Source: an uncultured Candidatus Rokubacteria bacterium
Lineage (GTDB): Bacteria > Methylomirabilota > Methylomirabilia > Rokubacteriales > CSP1-6
Assembly (NCBI GenBank): GCA_963771355.1
Contig: CAVYTA010000007.1
Span: 128,001-192,000, forward strand
Reading direction: 5' to 3'
DNA length: 64,000 nt
Shown here: positions 10,192-21,570 of the stretch, piece after piece
How the letters are laid out: every line of letters begins with the position of its first letter
How positions within the stretch are numbered: position 1 is the first letter of the stretch
Position numbers and translations under genes: made by a program
Notes under the pieces: model-generated
Told to the model about the DNA's origin: nothing
The model's database searches: none
Seen by the model: the letters and a program-made list of their open reading frames with translations, nothing else

Positions 10192-10968
10192 ATGACCACC
10201 GCGCCGTCGCGACCCTTCTACGGCGAGTTCGCATGGGCCTATGACCATCTCATTCCCCGGCCGGTGGCCGCCGAGTGCGCCGGCATCGCCGCGACGCTGG
10301 CCCGCCGCGGCCTGGCGCCGGACGCCACCGTGCTCGACGCCGGCTGCGGCAGCGGCCGCTACGCGCTGGAGCTGGCGCGTCTCGGCTACCAGGTGACCGG
10401 GCTCGATCGCTCGCCCGAGCTCCTCGACGAGGCCCGCCGCGCGTCCGAGGCGTCGCCGGCCACCGCCCATTTCGTGCGGGGCGACCTGCTCGCGCTGCCA
10501 CCCAGGGCCTCGTACGACGCCATCCTCGCTCGCGGCGTGCTCAATGACCTCGTGGAGGACTCGGAGCGGGACGCGGTCTTTCCGACCTTCGCCGGCGCGC
10601 TGGGTGCGGGGGGCGTCCTCCTCCTCGACGTGCGGGACTGGGAGGCCACCGCCGCGGACCGCTCACGCCGGCCCGTGGTGGAAAAGCGGGTGCAGACGGC
10701 GCGGGGTCCGCTCACGTTCCGCACGGTCACGCGGCTGGAGCCGGCCACCCACCGCATGCTCATCTCCGAGACGCATATCCTCGCCGCCGGGGGCGGCGAG
10801 ACCACGGCGCGGTACGAGTTCACGATGCGGTGCTGGACGCGCGAGGAGCTGGCGGCGCGGCTCGGCCGGGCCGGCTTCGCGGCGATCGAGTACCCGCCGG
10901 GCTACGAGACGGGGGCGGGCGCCGGTGGCGACCGGATCGTCGCGGTGGCGTCGAGGCGGGCCGAATGA
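10192..10968 (+). CDS. Class I SAM-dependent methyltransferase
   Basis: VLDAGCGSG motif I, GLDRS. Confidence 0.88.
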   Translation: MTTAPSRPFYGEFAWAYDHLIPRPVAAECAGIAATLARRGLAPDATVLDAGCGSGRYALELARLGYQVTGLDRSPELLDEARRASEASPATAHFVRGDLLALPPRASYDAILARGVLNDLVEDSERDAVFPTFAGALGAGGVLLLDVRDWEATAADRSRRPVVEKRVQTARGPLTFRTVTRLEPATHRMLISETHILAAGGGETTARYEFTMRCWTREELAARLGRAGFAAIEYPPGYETGAGAGGDRIVAVASRRAE

Positions 10969-11126
10969 CGGATGGGGCGCCGACTGGGTGTCGGTCAGGC
11001 GATCCGCGCTGAGTCCGGAGGTCGAACGCGTGCGCGAGCGAGGTGGTATGGTGTTCTCCAGCGTCGCCGAGGGCCCGCGGCTGGAGGATGGCCGCGGGCC
11101 CGGCTAGACCGTCGGAGGATCAAGCC

Positions 11127-11504
11127 ATGCCAGCACATACGCCCGAAGACTGTGACCGCCTCTTCGAGTACTACCTCAATTCCGGCGACCTCAACCACCT
11201 GGTCATGCTCTACGAGGACGGCTGCAGCCTGGTCCGGCGCGACGGCAGCGTGGGCACGGGACATGCCGCCATTCGCGCGGTGTTCGAGCCGATGCTGGCC
11301 ACGCGGCCGCGGATCAAGTGCGAGGTGGTGAAGGTCGTGCGGACGGGCGAGGATCTCGCGCTGGTGTACAACGACTGGACGCTCTCCGCCACCGGCGCCG
11401 ACGGGAACCCGATCCAGCGATCCGGCAAGGCCCTCGAGGTGGTGCGCCGGCAGCGCGACGGCAGCTGGCGCGTCGCCATCGACGATCCGATGGCGCGAGG
11501 CTGA
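11127..11504 (+). CDS. NTF2/SnoaL-like (YybH/DUF4440) protein
   Basis: C-terminal EVVRRQRDGSWRVAIDDP; GGAGG SD. Confidence 0.85.
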   Translation: MPAHTPEDCDRLFEYYLNSGDLNHLVMLYEDGCSLVRRDGSVGTGHAAIRAVFEPMLATRPRIKCEVVKVVRTGEDLALVYNDWTLSATGADGNPIQRSGKALEVVRRQRDGSWRVAIDDPMARG

Positions 11505-11932
11505 TGTCCGAGCTGGCCCTCTCGGTGGAGACGTCCCCCGCGGAGCAGGACGTGGAGGCGCTCGCGCGAGGGCTCACCGAGCATGCGCTCCCGGTGACGG
11601 GGCGCCCGGGCTTCCATCCCCTGAGCGTCTTCGCCCGCGATCGCGAAGGCGCGCTCGTCGGCGGCGTGCACGGCCAGGTCAACTGGAACTGGCTGCACAT
11701 CTCCCTCTTCTGGGTGTCGGAGGATTGCCGCCACCAGGGCCTGGGCTCGCGGCTCCTCGCCGCCATCGAGACCGCCGCCGTCGAGCGGGGCTGTTCTCAG
11801 GCCCATCTCGACACCTTCAGCTACCAGGCGCGGCCGTTCTACGAGCGCCAGGGCTATCGGCTCTTCGCGACTCTGGAGGATTATCCGCCTGGCCAGCAGC
11901 GATTCTTCCTTCGCAAGCCGCTGCGGCCCTGA
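11504..11932 (+). CDS. GNAT family N-acetyltransferase
   Basis: RHQGLGSRLL, LDTFSYQA..FY motifs; TGATG overlap. Confidence 0.88.
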   Translation: MSELALSVETSPAEQDVEALARGLTEHALPVTGRPGFHPLSVFARDREGALVGGVHGQVNWNWLHISLFWVSEDCRHQGLGSRLLAAIETAAVERGCSQAHLDTFSYQARPFYERQGYRLFATLEDYPPGQQRFFLRKPLRP

Positions 11933-12468
11933 TGGCGGTGACGCTCGAGACGGAGCGTCTGGTGCTCCGCATGTTCGAGGCGGCCGATTTTGAAGCCTAC
12001 GCCGCGATGTGCGGTGATCCCGAGGTGATGCGGTTCATCGGCGACGGTCAGCCGCTGGCGCCCCCCATGGCCTGGCGCAGCCTGGCCATGGTCATCGGGC
12101 ACTGGTCCTTGCGAGGCTACGGCCTCTGGGCCGCCACCGAGCGCGCGTCGGGAGCGCTGGTGGGCCGCATCGGCTTCTGGAATCCCGATGGCTGGCCCGG
12201 CTTCGAGCTGGGCTGGCTGCTGGGTCGGCCCTACTGGGGACGCGGCTATGCCACCGAGGCCGCGCGCGCCGCGCTGGAGTGGGGCTTCGCCCAGCTCGGG
12301 CAGCCGCAGGTGATCAGCCTCATCTATCCCGACAATGCCGCGTCCATCCGGGTGGCGTCTCGACTGGGAGAAAAGCTGGCCGACCGCATCGAGCTCCTGG
12401 GGAAGCCGGTGTTGCTCTACCGTATCGCCCGGGACGAATGGGCGAAGGGGGCGGCTGCGTGCCGGTGA
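11932..12468 (+). CDS. GNAT family N-acetyltransferase (RimJ/RimL-like)
   Basis: LETERLVLR, WGRGYATEAA, NAASIRVA. Confidence 0.9.
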   Translation: MAVTLETERLVLRMFEAADFEAYAAMCGDPEVMRFIGDGQPLAPPMAWRSLAMVIGHWSLRGYGLWAATERASGALVGRIGFWNPDGWPGFELGWLLGRPYWGRGYATEAARAALEWGFAQLGQPQVISLIYPDNAASIRVASRLGEKLADRIELLGKPVLLYRIARDEWAKGAAACR

Positions 12469-13199
12469 TCTTCGTGCACGGCGTGCCGGACACCGAGCGG
12501 GTCTGGCACAAGGTGATCGCCCGCCTCGAGCGCCGCGACGTCGTGACGGTGCGGCTGCCGGGCTTCGGCTGCCCGGTCCCGCCCGGCTTCGCGGCCACCA
12601 AGGACGCGTACGCCGCCTGGCTCGTCGAGCAGATCGCCTCCCACCCCGAGCCGGTGGACCTGGTGGGCCACGACTGGGGCGCCATCCTCGCCGTCCGCGC
12701 CGCGTCGCTGCGGCCGGACCGCGTCCGCTCCTGGGCGGCCGGCGGCGCGCCGCTCGATCCCGACTACGTGTGGCATCAGGCGGCGCAGGCCTGGCAGACG
12801 CCCGAGGTCGGCGAGGCGGTGATGCAGCGGCTCACGCCGGAGGCGCTGGCCAAGGCGCTGGCCGCCGCGGGCGTGCCGCCCGATGACGCGCGCGAGACCG
12901 CCGCGCACCTCGACGACACCATGAAGCAGTGCATTCTCCGCCTCTACCGGTCCGCCGTGCATGCCGGGCGCGAGTGGCTGCCCGAGCTGGCGCGCATCCC
13001 CCGCCGGGGCCTCGTGCTGTGGGGCGAGCGCGATCCCTATGCCGCGGTGGACTTCGGCCGGCGGCTCGCGGAGCGCACCGGCGCCCGTTTCGCCCCCCTC
13101 GCGGATTGCTCCCACTGGTGGCCGCTCGAGCGTCCGGACGTGGTGGCGGCGGAGCTCGGCGCGCTCTGGCGGCCGGCGGAGTCGTCGCCCCCGCGATAG
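12459..13199 (+). CDS. Alpha/beta fold hydrolase
   Basis: FVHGVP, GHDWG nucleophile elbow, WGERD, SHWW. Confidence 0.88.
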   Translation: MPVIFVHGVPDTERVWHKVIARLERRDVVTVRLPGFGCPVPPGFAATKDAYAAWLVEQIASHPEPVDLVGHDWGAILAVRAASLRPDRVRSWAAGGAPLDPDYVWHQAAQAWQTPEVGEAVMQRLTPEALAKALAAAGVPPDDARETAAHLDDTMKQCILRLYRSAVHAGREWLPELARIPRRGLVLWGERDPYAAVDFGRRLAERTGARFAPLADCSHWWPLERPDVVAAELGALWRPAESSPPR

Positions 13200-13281
13200 A
13201 CCACGCCCGCGCGGCACGGGCACCCATCCCGGCCATCAGCCGGCGGGAGGGCCTCCTGACGCTGTGGTATCGTTAGTCCCC

Positions 13282-15468
13282 ATGCCGGCGCCCGCCGCGG
13301 TCCGCGACACCATACTCGGTCCGCTCAATGACGCTCAGCGCGAGGCCGTCACCGCCACCGAGGGGCCCGTGCTCGTGCTCGCGGGGGCGGGCAGCGGCAA
13401 GACCCGCGTCATCGCGCACCGCATCGCCTATCTGCTCGCCGTCGAGGGCGTGAACTCCCGGAGCGTGCTCGCCGTCACCTTCACCAACAAGGCGGCGGAG
13501 GAGATGCGCCGGCGGGTGGAGGACCTCGTGCTGCCGCTGGGCCTCCGACCGCCGCTCATCGCCACCTTCCACTCCACCTGTGTCCGCATCCTGCGCGAGC
13601 ACGCGCCCCGCATCGGGCTGCCCGCCGGCTTCGTCATCTACGACGAGGACGACCGCCTCACTCTCGTGAAGGAGGCGATGCGCGAGCTGCAGTTCGACGA
13701 GCGCGAGGTGACCCCCGCCTCCGTCGTGCACCGGCTGAGCCACGCCAAGAATCAGATGGTCTCGGTGGAGGAGGCGGAGCGGCTTGCCCGCACTCCGCGC
13801 GAGGAGCGCATCGCCTCGCTCTATCGCGTGTACGAGACGCGGCTCCGGGCTGCGGGGGCGGTGGACTTCGACGACCTCCTTCTCCTCGTGGTGCGCCTCT
13901 TCGAGACCTCGCCGGCCACGCTGGACGCGTACCGGGACCGGTGGAAGTACGTGCTGGTGGACGAGTACCAGGACACCAACCGCGCCCAGTACCGCATCAT
14001 CCGTCTGCTCACGCAGGAGCACCGGAACCTCTGCGTGGTGGGCGATCCCGACCAGTCGGTGTACCGCTGGCGCGGCGCGGATCTCCGCAACATCCTCGAC
14101 TTCGAGAAGGACTTCCCCGACTGCCGGGTGGTGCCGCTGGAGCAGAACTACCGCTCCACCAAGCAGATCCTCCGCATGGCCTCGGCGGTGATCGAGCACA
14201 ACACCGCCCGCAAGGACAAGCGCCTCTGGACCGAGAACCCGGAGGGTGAGCGCGCGCAGGTCTACCGGGCCTGGGACGAGAACGAGGAGGCCGCCTTCGT
14301 GGCCCGCGCCATCCGCGGCCTGCACACCGAGAACCTGGATTACCGCGACGTGGCGGTCTTCTACCGCACCAACGCCCAGTCGCGCGTGCTGGAAGACGCG
14401 CTGCGCCGCGCCAGCATCCCCTACCTGATCGTGGGCGGGGTGCGCTTCTACGAGCGGCGCGAGGTGAAGGACGTGGTGGCGTATCTGCGCCTCGTCGTGA
14501 ACCCCCGAGACGACGTAGCTTTTCGCCGAGCCGTCGCGGCGCCGTCACGCGGCATCGGGCGCTCCACTCTCGAGCACATGGACGGCGCCGCGCGCCGCCG
14601 GGGTGGGGGGCTGCTGGAGGCCTGCGCGGAGATCCCGGTGGAGGTCGGCAGCAAGGCCCGACGGGCCCTCGAGGACTTCGCCCGCCTGATCGTGCGGCTG
14701 GCGGCATCTCGGACCACCGCCACGCTGCCTGCCCTCATCGACGAGGTGCTGGCGGGCTCGGGCTATCGCGACGCGCTCAAGGCCGAGCGGACCGCCGAGG
14801 CGGACACCCGCCTCGAGAACCTGGAGGAGCTCATCGCGGCGTCGGAGGAGTTCATCGTGGCGCGCGAGCTGGAGGGCACGCCGGCGACGCTGGAAGCCTT
14901 CCTGGATTCCGTCTCGCTGGTGGCCGATACCGACGAGCTGGATCCCGCGGCGGCGGGGGTGACCTTGATGACGCTGCACTCCGCCAAGGGCCTCGAGTTC
15001 CCGGTGGTGTTCCTCACGGGGCTCGAGGAGGGCGTGTTCCCACACTCGCGCTCCATGAACGACCGCGAGGAGCTGGAGGAGGAGCGCCGGCTCTGCTACG
15101 TGGGCCTCACCCGCGCCCGCGCGCGGCTCTTTCTCTCGCACGCCCTGCACCGGCGCATCCAGGGATACGGCGTGGGCGAGCCGTCGCGCTTCCTGCTCGA
15201 GATCCCGGAGGAGGAGATCGTGCTCCTCAATAGCCGGGCCAGCACCCCGCGCATGCCCACCTTGCCCGCCGCGCCGGCGCCCGACGAGGTGGACGCGGAC
15301 CTGCCCTTCCAGGTGGGCGCGCGGCTGCGCCATGCCCGCTGGGGCGAGGGCCTGCTGGTGGGCATCCAGCGGGAGGGCGAGGACGTGCTCGTCACCGTCC
15401 ACTTCGCCAGCGTCGGCCGCAAGCGTCTCTCGCTCCAGTACGCCCACCTGGAGGAGATCGAGTCGTGA
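13282..15468 (+). CDS. uvrD: ATP-dependent DNA helicase UvrD/PcrA
   Basis: AGAGSGKT, DEYQD, QNYRS, HSAKGLEF, EERRLCYVGLTRA, C-terminal Tudor-like domain. Confidence 0.95.
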   Translation: MPAPAAVRDTILGPLNDAQREAVTATEGPVLVLAGAGSGKTRVIAHRIAYLLAVEGVNSRSVLAVTFTNKAAEEMRRRVEDLVLPLGLRPPLIATFHSTCVRILREHAPRIGLPAGFVIYDEDDRLTLVKEAMRELQFDEREVTPASVVHRLSHAKNQMVSVEEAERLARTPREERIASLYRVYETRLRAAGAVDFDDLLLLVVRLFETSPATLDAYRDRWKYVLVDEYQDTNRAQYRIIRLLTQEHRNLCVVGDPDQSVYRWRGADLRNILDFEKDFPDCRVVPLEQNYRSTKQILRMASAVIEHNTARKDKRLWTENPEGERAQVYRAWDENEEAAFVARAIRGLHTENLDYRDVAVFYRTNAQSRVLEDALRRASIPYLIVGGVRFYERREVKDVVAYLRLVVNPRDDVAFRRAVAAPSRGIGRSTLEHMDGAARRRGGGLLEACAEIPVEVGSKARRALEDFARLIVRLAASRTTATLPALIDEVLAGSGYRDALKAERTAEADTRLENLEELIAASEEFIVARELEGTPATLEAFLDSVSLVADTDELDPAAAGVTLMTLHSAKGLEFPVVFLTGLEEGVFPHSRSMNDREELEEERRLCYVGLTRARARLFLSHALHRRIQGYGVGEPSRFLLEIPEEEIVLLNSRASTPRMPTLPAAPAPDEVDADLPFQVGARLRHARWGEGLLVGIQREGEDVLVTVHFASVGRKRLSLQYAHLEEIES

Positions 15469-15764
15469 CCGAGCCCAGGATCTCGCGCGAGGACGTCGAG
15501 CACGTGGCGCGGCTCTCGCGACTGGAGCTGGCGGAAGCCGAGCTGCTCCGCATGCAGGCGGAGCTGAACAATATCCTCGCCTACATCGACAAGCTCCGCT
15601 CGGTGGACACCACCGGCGTCCCGCCCACCTCGCACGCGGTGCCGCTTACCAACGTGATGCGCGAGGACGAGCCGCGCCCGTCCTTCCCGCTCGCCGATAT
15701 GCTGGCCAACGCGCCCGATGCCGCCGGGGCCTTCTTCCGCGTGCCGCGGATTATTGAGGAGTGA
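15465..15764 (+). CDS. gatC: Asp/Glu-tRNA amidotransferase subunit C
   Basis: VEHVARLSRL, MREDE, FFRVPRII; precedes gatA. Confidence 0.95.
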   Translation: MTEPRISREDVEHVARLSRLELAEAELLRMQAELNNILAYIDKLRSVDTTGVPPTSHAVPLTNVMREDEPRPSFPLADMLANAPDAAGAFFRVPRIIEE

Positions 15765-15798
15765 CGCGTTGGGAGGAATGACGCGTTGGGAGGAGTGA
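15756..15798 (+). repeat. 17-bp tandem repeat (2.5 copies) between gatC and gatA
   Basis: gaggagtgacgcgttgg / gaggaatgacgcgttgg / gaggagtga. Confidence 0.9.
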
Positions 15799-17266
15799 GT
15801 GAGAAGCTCGCGGCGCTGACCATCGACGCGCTCGCCGCGAAGTTCCGCGCCGGGGAGGCCACGCCCAGTGACGCCGCGCGGGATTACCTCGCCCGCATCG
15901 AGGCGCACGATCCGAGCATCCGCGCCTTCATGACGGTGACGCGTGACGTGGCGCTGGCCCAGGCCGCCGAGGCGGACGCGCGCTTCAAGGCGGGCGAGCC
16001 GCGCGGGCCCCTGGACGGGGTGCCCATCGCGCTCAAGGACGTGTTCTGCACGCGGGGCATCCGCACCACGTGCGGCTCGAAGATTCTCGAGCAGTTCGTG
16101 CCGCCGTACGACGCCACCGCCTATCAGCGCCTCCGGGCCGCGGGGGCGGTGCTGCTCGGCAAGCTCAACATGGACGAGTTCGCCATGGGCTCCTCCACCG
16201 AGAACTCCGCCTACTTCACCACGCGCAACCCGTGGGACCTCGATCGCGTGCCCGGGGGCTCCTCGGGCGGTTCCTCCGCCGCGGTGGCGGCCGACCTGGC
16301 CGCCGCCAGCTTCGGCACCGACACCGGCGGGTCGATCCGGCAGCCGGCGGCCTTTTGCGGCGTGGTGGGGCTCAAGCCGACCTATGGCCGCGTCTCGCGC
16401 TACGGCCTGGTGGCCTTCGCCTCGTCGCTCGACCAGATCGGGCCCTTCACCAAGACGGTGGCGGACACCGCCCGCGTGCTCCAGGTGATCGCGGGGGCCG
16501 ACCCCATGGACTCCACCGCGGCTCCCGTCCCCGTGCCCGACTACCTGGCCGCGCTGGGAGGCGGCGTGAAGGGGCTTCGCATCGGCATTCCGCGCGAGTA
16601 CTTCATCGACGGCATGGACCCCGAGGTGGAGCAGGCGGTGCGGGCGGCGGTGGAGGTGCTGCGCGCTCTCGGCGCCCAGACCGACGACGTGTCGCTCCCG
16701 CACACGGAGTATGGGCTCGCCGCCTACTACCTCATCGGGCCCGCCGAGGCCTCCTCCAATCTCGCCCGCTACGACGGCGTCAAGTACGGGCTGCGGGTGC
16801 CCGGCCGCGACCTGGTCGACATGTCGAGCAAGACGCGGGCCGCCGGATTTGGAAGAGAAGTCAAGCGGCGCATCATGCTCGGGACTTACGCGCTGTCCGC
16901 CGGCTACTACGACGCCTACTACGGCCAGGCGCAGCGGGTGCGCACGCTGGTGGCCCGCGACTTCGAGGCCGCGTTCGGGCGCGTGGACGCCATCGTGGCG
17001 CCCACCACCCCGGGCGTCGCGTTCAAGATCGGCGAGAAGGAAGACCCGATCCAGATGTATCTCAACGACGTGTTCACCATCCCGGTGAGCCTGGCGGGGC
17101 TGCCCGGCATCTCGGTGCCGGCGGGCTTCACGCGGCAGGGGCTGCCCATCGGCCTGCAGGTGATCGGGCGCGCCTACGACGAGGCCACCGTGCTCCGCGT
17201 GGCCCACGCCTACGAGCAGGCCACCGACTGGCACACGCGAAAGCCGGCCCTCGAGGCGGTGTCCCG

Positions 17267-17270
<4 letters not shown>
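15786..17270 (+). CDS. gatA: Asp/Glu-tRNA amidotransferase subunit A
   Basis: Amidase signature [18 protein letters not shown]; start TTG 15786 or GTG 15795. Confidence 0.97.
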
Positions 17271-18763
<1,493 letters not shown>

Positions 18764-18789
18764 TAGGTTAAGTAGAATGAGCGCAGCCC

Positions 18790-19461
18790 ATGATCCGGCT
18801 TCACCATGTGGGGAAGGTGTTCGGTGCAGGCCCCGCCAGGCGAGTGGCCCTCAGCGATGTCTCGTTCAGCGTAGCCCGGGGTGATTTCGCCGTACTCAGT
18901 GGCCCCAGCGGGGCGGGCAAGACCACCCTCCTCCGCCTCATCTACCGCGAGGAATTGCCCACCGAGGGCGAGATCGAGATCGCGGGGATCGACGTGCCGG
19001 GTCTTCGGCGCCGCCAGGTCCCCCGGCTCCGGCGCTCGATCGGCATCGTGTTCCAGGACGCCAAGCTGCTCGCCGGCCGCACCGTGTTCGAGAACATCGC
19101 CTTCGTGCTCCGTGTCATCGGCACTCCCAGAAGAGACATCACGCCGCGGGCCTTCGCCGCGCTCAAGGCGGTGGGGCTCTCGTCGCGGGCCCAGGCGTAT
19201 CCCAAGCAGCTCTCCCAGGGCGAGGCCCAGCGGGCGTCGCTGGCGCGCGCGATCGCGAAATCGCCCGGGCTCCTCCTCGCCGACGAGCCCACCGGCAACT
19301 TGGACGACGACATGGCGGAGGAGATCCTCGAGGTGATCCGCGACATCTGGCAGCGGGGCACCACGGTGTTCCTGGCCACGCATCAGGCCGGCCTCGCCGC
19401 CCACCTCAAGCGCCGCACCCTCACCCTGGACGGCGGTCGCCTCGTGAAAGACGAAGGGTAG
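18790..19461 (+). CDS. ftsE: Cell division ABC ATPase
   Basis: GPSGAGKT, IVFQD, ADEPTGNLD; upstream of ftsX. Confidence 0.9.
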   Translation: MIRLHHVGKVFGAGPARRVALSDVSFSVARGDFAVLSGPSGAGKTTLLRLIYREELPTEGEIEIAGIDVPGLRRRQVPRLRRSIGIVFQDAKLLAGRTVFENIAFVLRVIGTPRRDITPRAFAALKAVGLSSRAQAYPKQLSQGEAQRASLARAIAKSPGLLLADEPTGNLDDDMAEEILEVIRDIWQRGTTVFLATHQAGLAAHLKRRTLTLDGGRLVKDEG

Positions 19462-20345
19462 TGCTCTCGTTTCTGGTGAGCGAAGCCCTGCGGGACCTCC
19501 GACGGGCGGGCCGCGTGGGGCTGTCCGCCATCCTGCTCATCACGCTGTCGCTGGGCGCGCTCGGCTGCTTCTGGCTGCTGTCCCTCAATCTGGGCCGCGC
19601 GGTGACCCAGTGGCGGGAGCGCGTGCGCATCGTCGCCTATCTTCGAGAAGAGCCGAAGCCCGCCGCGGTCGAGGACCTGGTCGGCCGGGTGCAAGCGCTG
19701 GGGGGTGTCCAGCGCGTGCGCTACGTCTCGCGCGCCGAGGCGCTGGCCTTGCTCAAGCGCTCGCTGGGGCCGCAGGCCAGCGTGGTGGAGCAGCTCCCGC
19801 GGAACCCGCTGCCCGCTTCCCTCGAGCTGACGCCGGACGAGCAGACGGCCACCCCCGAGGGCACGCGCGCCCTGGTGCAGCGGCTCAGCGCGCTGCCGGA
19901 GGTGGAAGAGGTGCAAGGCGGCGCGGAATGGGTGGAGAGCCTCGCCCAGTGGCAGCGGCTTTTCCAGCTCACCGGGCTCGGGGTGGGCGCGGTGCTCGCG
20001 CTGGCCGCCATCCTCACCGTCACCACCGCCACCACCCTCGTGCTCCACGTGCGCCGCGACGAGATGGAGATCATGCGGCTGGTGGGCGCCACCGAGATGG
20101 TGATCCGGCTCCCGCTGCTCCTCCAGGGGATGGCGCAGGGCCTGCTCGGCGCCGTCGTTGCGCTCGGTGCGCTCGAGGTGGCGTATGTCCTCCTCGCGCC
20201 GCGCCTCGAGCCCCTGCTCAACCTCACGCTCGGGCTCGGCCGCGCCGTCTTCCTCTCCGCGCCGCAGGTGACGCTGCTGCTGGCGGGCGGCGCCATGCTG
20301 GGCGCCCTCGGGGGATTGCTCGCCAAGGGACGGGCCGAGGCGTGA
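19461..20345 (+). CDS. ftsX: Cell division permease
   Basis: NPLPAS, RRDEMEIMRLVGAT, four TM segments. Confidence 0.9.
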   Translation: MLSFLVSEALRDLRRAGRVGLSAILLITLSLGALGCFWLLSLNLGRAVTQWRERVRIVAYLREEPKPAAVEDLVGRVQALGGVQRVRYVSRAEALALLKRSLGPQASVVEQLPRNPLPASLELTPDEQTATPEGTRALVQRLSALPEVEEVQGGAEWVESLAQWQRLFQLTGLGVGAVLALAAILTVTTATTLVLHVRRDEMEIMRLVGATEMVIRLPLLLQGMAQGLLGAVVALGALEVAYVLLAPRLEPLLNLTLGLGRAVFLSAPQVTLLLAGGAMLGALGGLLAKGRAEA

Positions 20346-21568
20346 GCGGGGTGCACGCCGCGCTCGTTGCCCTCATGGGTCTCCTGCTCACCACGCTTGT
20401 CGTCGCTCCCGCCGCGGGCCAGGCGCGCCGCGAAGGGCCCGACATCAACGAGAGCGAGCGCACGCTTCAGCAGAAGCAACGCCAGCTCAAGGACGAGCGG
20501 GCCAAGGTCGCCCAGGCCAAGAAGCGCGAGGCCTCGGTGCTGGCCGAGCTCGAGGACACGGAGAAGCGGCTCGGCGACAAGCGCCGGCAGGTGGGGGTGC
20601 TCGACGAGCGGGTGAAGAAGGCGAAGGTCGACGTGGCGAGTCTGCAAGGCGACATCGGCCGGCTGGAAGTTCAGCGCTCGGGGCAGGAGGAGGCCCTGAG
20701 CCGGCGGCTCCGCGTGCTGTACAAGCTTCAGGCGCAAGGTGGCGTTTTGCCAGTGATTCTTTCCGGTGACGACCCCGTGGCGCAGGCCATCAAGCTCCGC
20801 CACCTGACCACCCTGGCCACTGTGGACGCCAGAACCATTAAAGAGTATCGTGTTACTTCAGAGGGGTTGGCCGAGCGCAAAGTCAGGGTCGAGGCCCGGC
20901 GCGTCGAGCTGGCCTCGCTTCGCAGTCAGGCCGAAGGAGAGCGCGCCGAGGCCGATCGCGAAGCCGCAAGGCGGCGGGTGCTGCTGGCCAAGGTCCGAGA
21001 CGAGCGGGTCTATCACGAGCGGATGGTCGGGGAGCTGTCCGACGCCACTCGGCGGCTCGAGGCATTCATCCGGGACCTGCAGGCCAAGCAGCGCCGGGCG
21101 GCGGTGCGGCCGCCCACGACAGCGCCCCGGCCCGCGCCGGGCGACCTCGGCGGCTCGGGGCTGGCCTCCTTGCGGGGCCGGCTGGCGTGGCCGGCCGAGG
21201 GGAAGGTGGTCGGGGAGTACGGCGCGCAGGTGCACCCGCGCTTCGGGACGAAGACGTTCCGGAATGGGATCGACATCGAGGTGGCCGAGGGGACGGACAT
21301 CAAAGCCGTCTACCCCGGCCATGTGGTCTATACGGGCTGGTTCCGGGGCTACGGGAATCTGATCATCGTGGATCACGGCGGCGAGTACTACACGCTGTAC
21401 GCGCACGCCGCCGAGATCAAGGTAGCGGAGGGTGACGACGTGAGGCAGGGGCAGGCGATCGGCACGGTGGGGGACACCGGGTCGCTGCAGGGGCCGCGGC
21501 TGTACTTCGAGGTGCGGCACCAGGGCAAGCCCCAGGATCCCGCGCAGTGGCTGAGACCGCGAGGCTGA
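20342..21568 (+). CDS. envC: Murein hydrolase activator EnvC-like (coiled coil + degenerate M23)
   Basis: Signal peptide, long coiled coil, M23 domain with RNGID and PRLYFE replacing the Zn-ligand motifs HxxxD and HxH. Confidence 0.85.
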   Translation: MSGVHAALVALMGLLLTTLVVAPAAGQARREGPDINESERTLQQKQRQLKDERAKVAQAKKREASVLAELEDTEKRLGDKRRQVGVLDERVKKAKVDVASLQGDIGRLEVQRSGQEEALSRRLRVLYKLQAQGGVLPVILSGDDPVAQAIKLRHLTTLATVDARTIKEYRVTSEGLAERKVRVEARRVELASLRSQAEGERAEADREAARRRVLLAKVRDERVYHERMVGELSDATRRLEAFIRDLQAKQRRAAVRPPTTAPRPAPGDLGGSGLASLRGRLAWPAEGKVVGEYGAQVHPRFGTKTFRNGIDIEVAEGTDIKAVYPGHVVYTGWFRGYGNLIIVDHGGEYYTLYAHAAEIKVAEGDDVRQGQAIGTVGDTGSLQGPRLYFEVRHQGKPQDPAQWLRPRG

Positions 21569-21570
21569 TT

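Noticed and set aside
18790..19461. Inactive FtsE because of an LSQGE signature
   Set aside because: Walker A/B, Q-, D- and H-loops are intact; one substitution is not enough evidence.
20342..21568. Active M23 endopeptidase
   Set aside because: Zn-ligand histidines are absent, which is the normal EnvC state and not novel.
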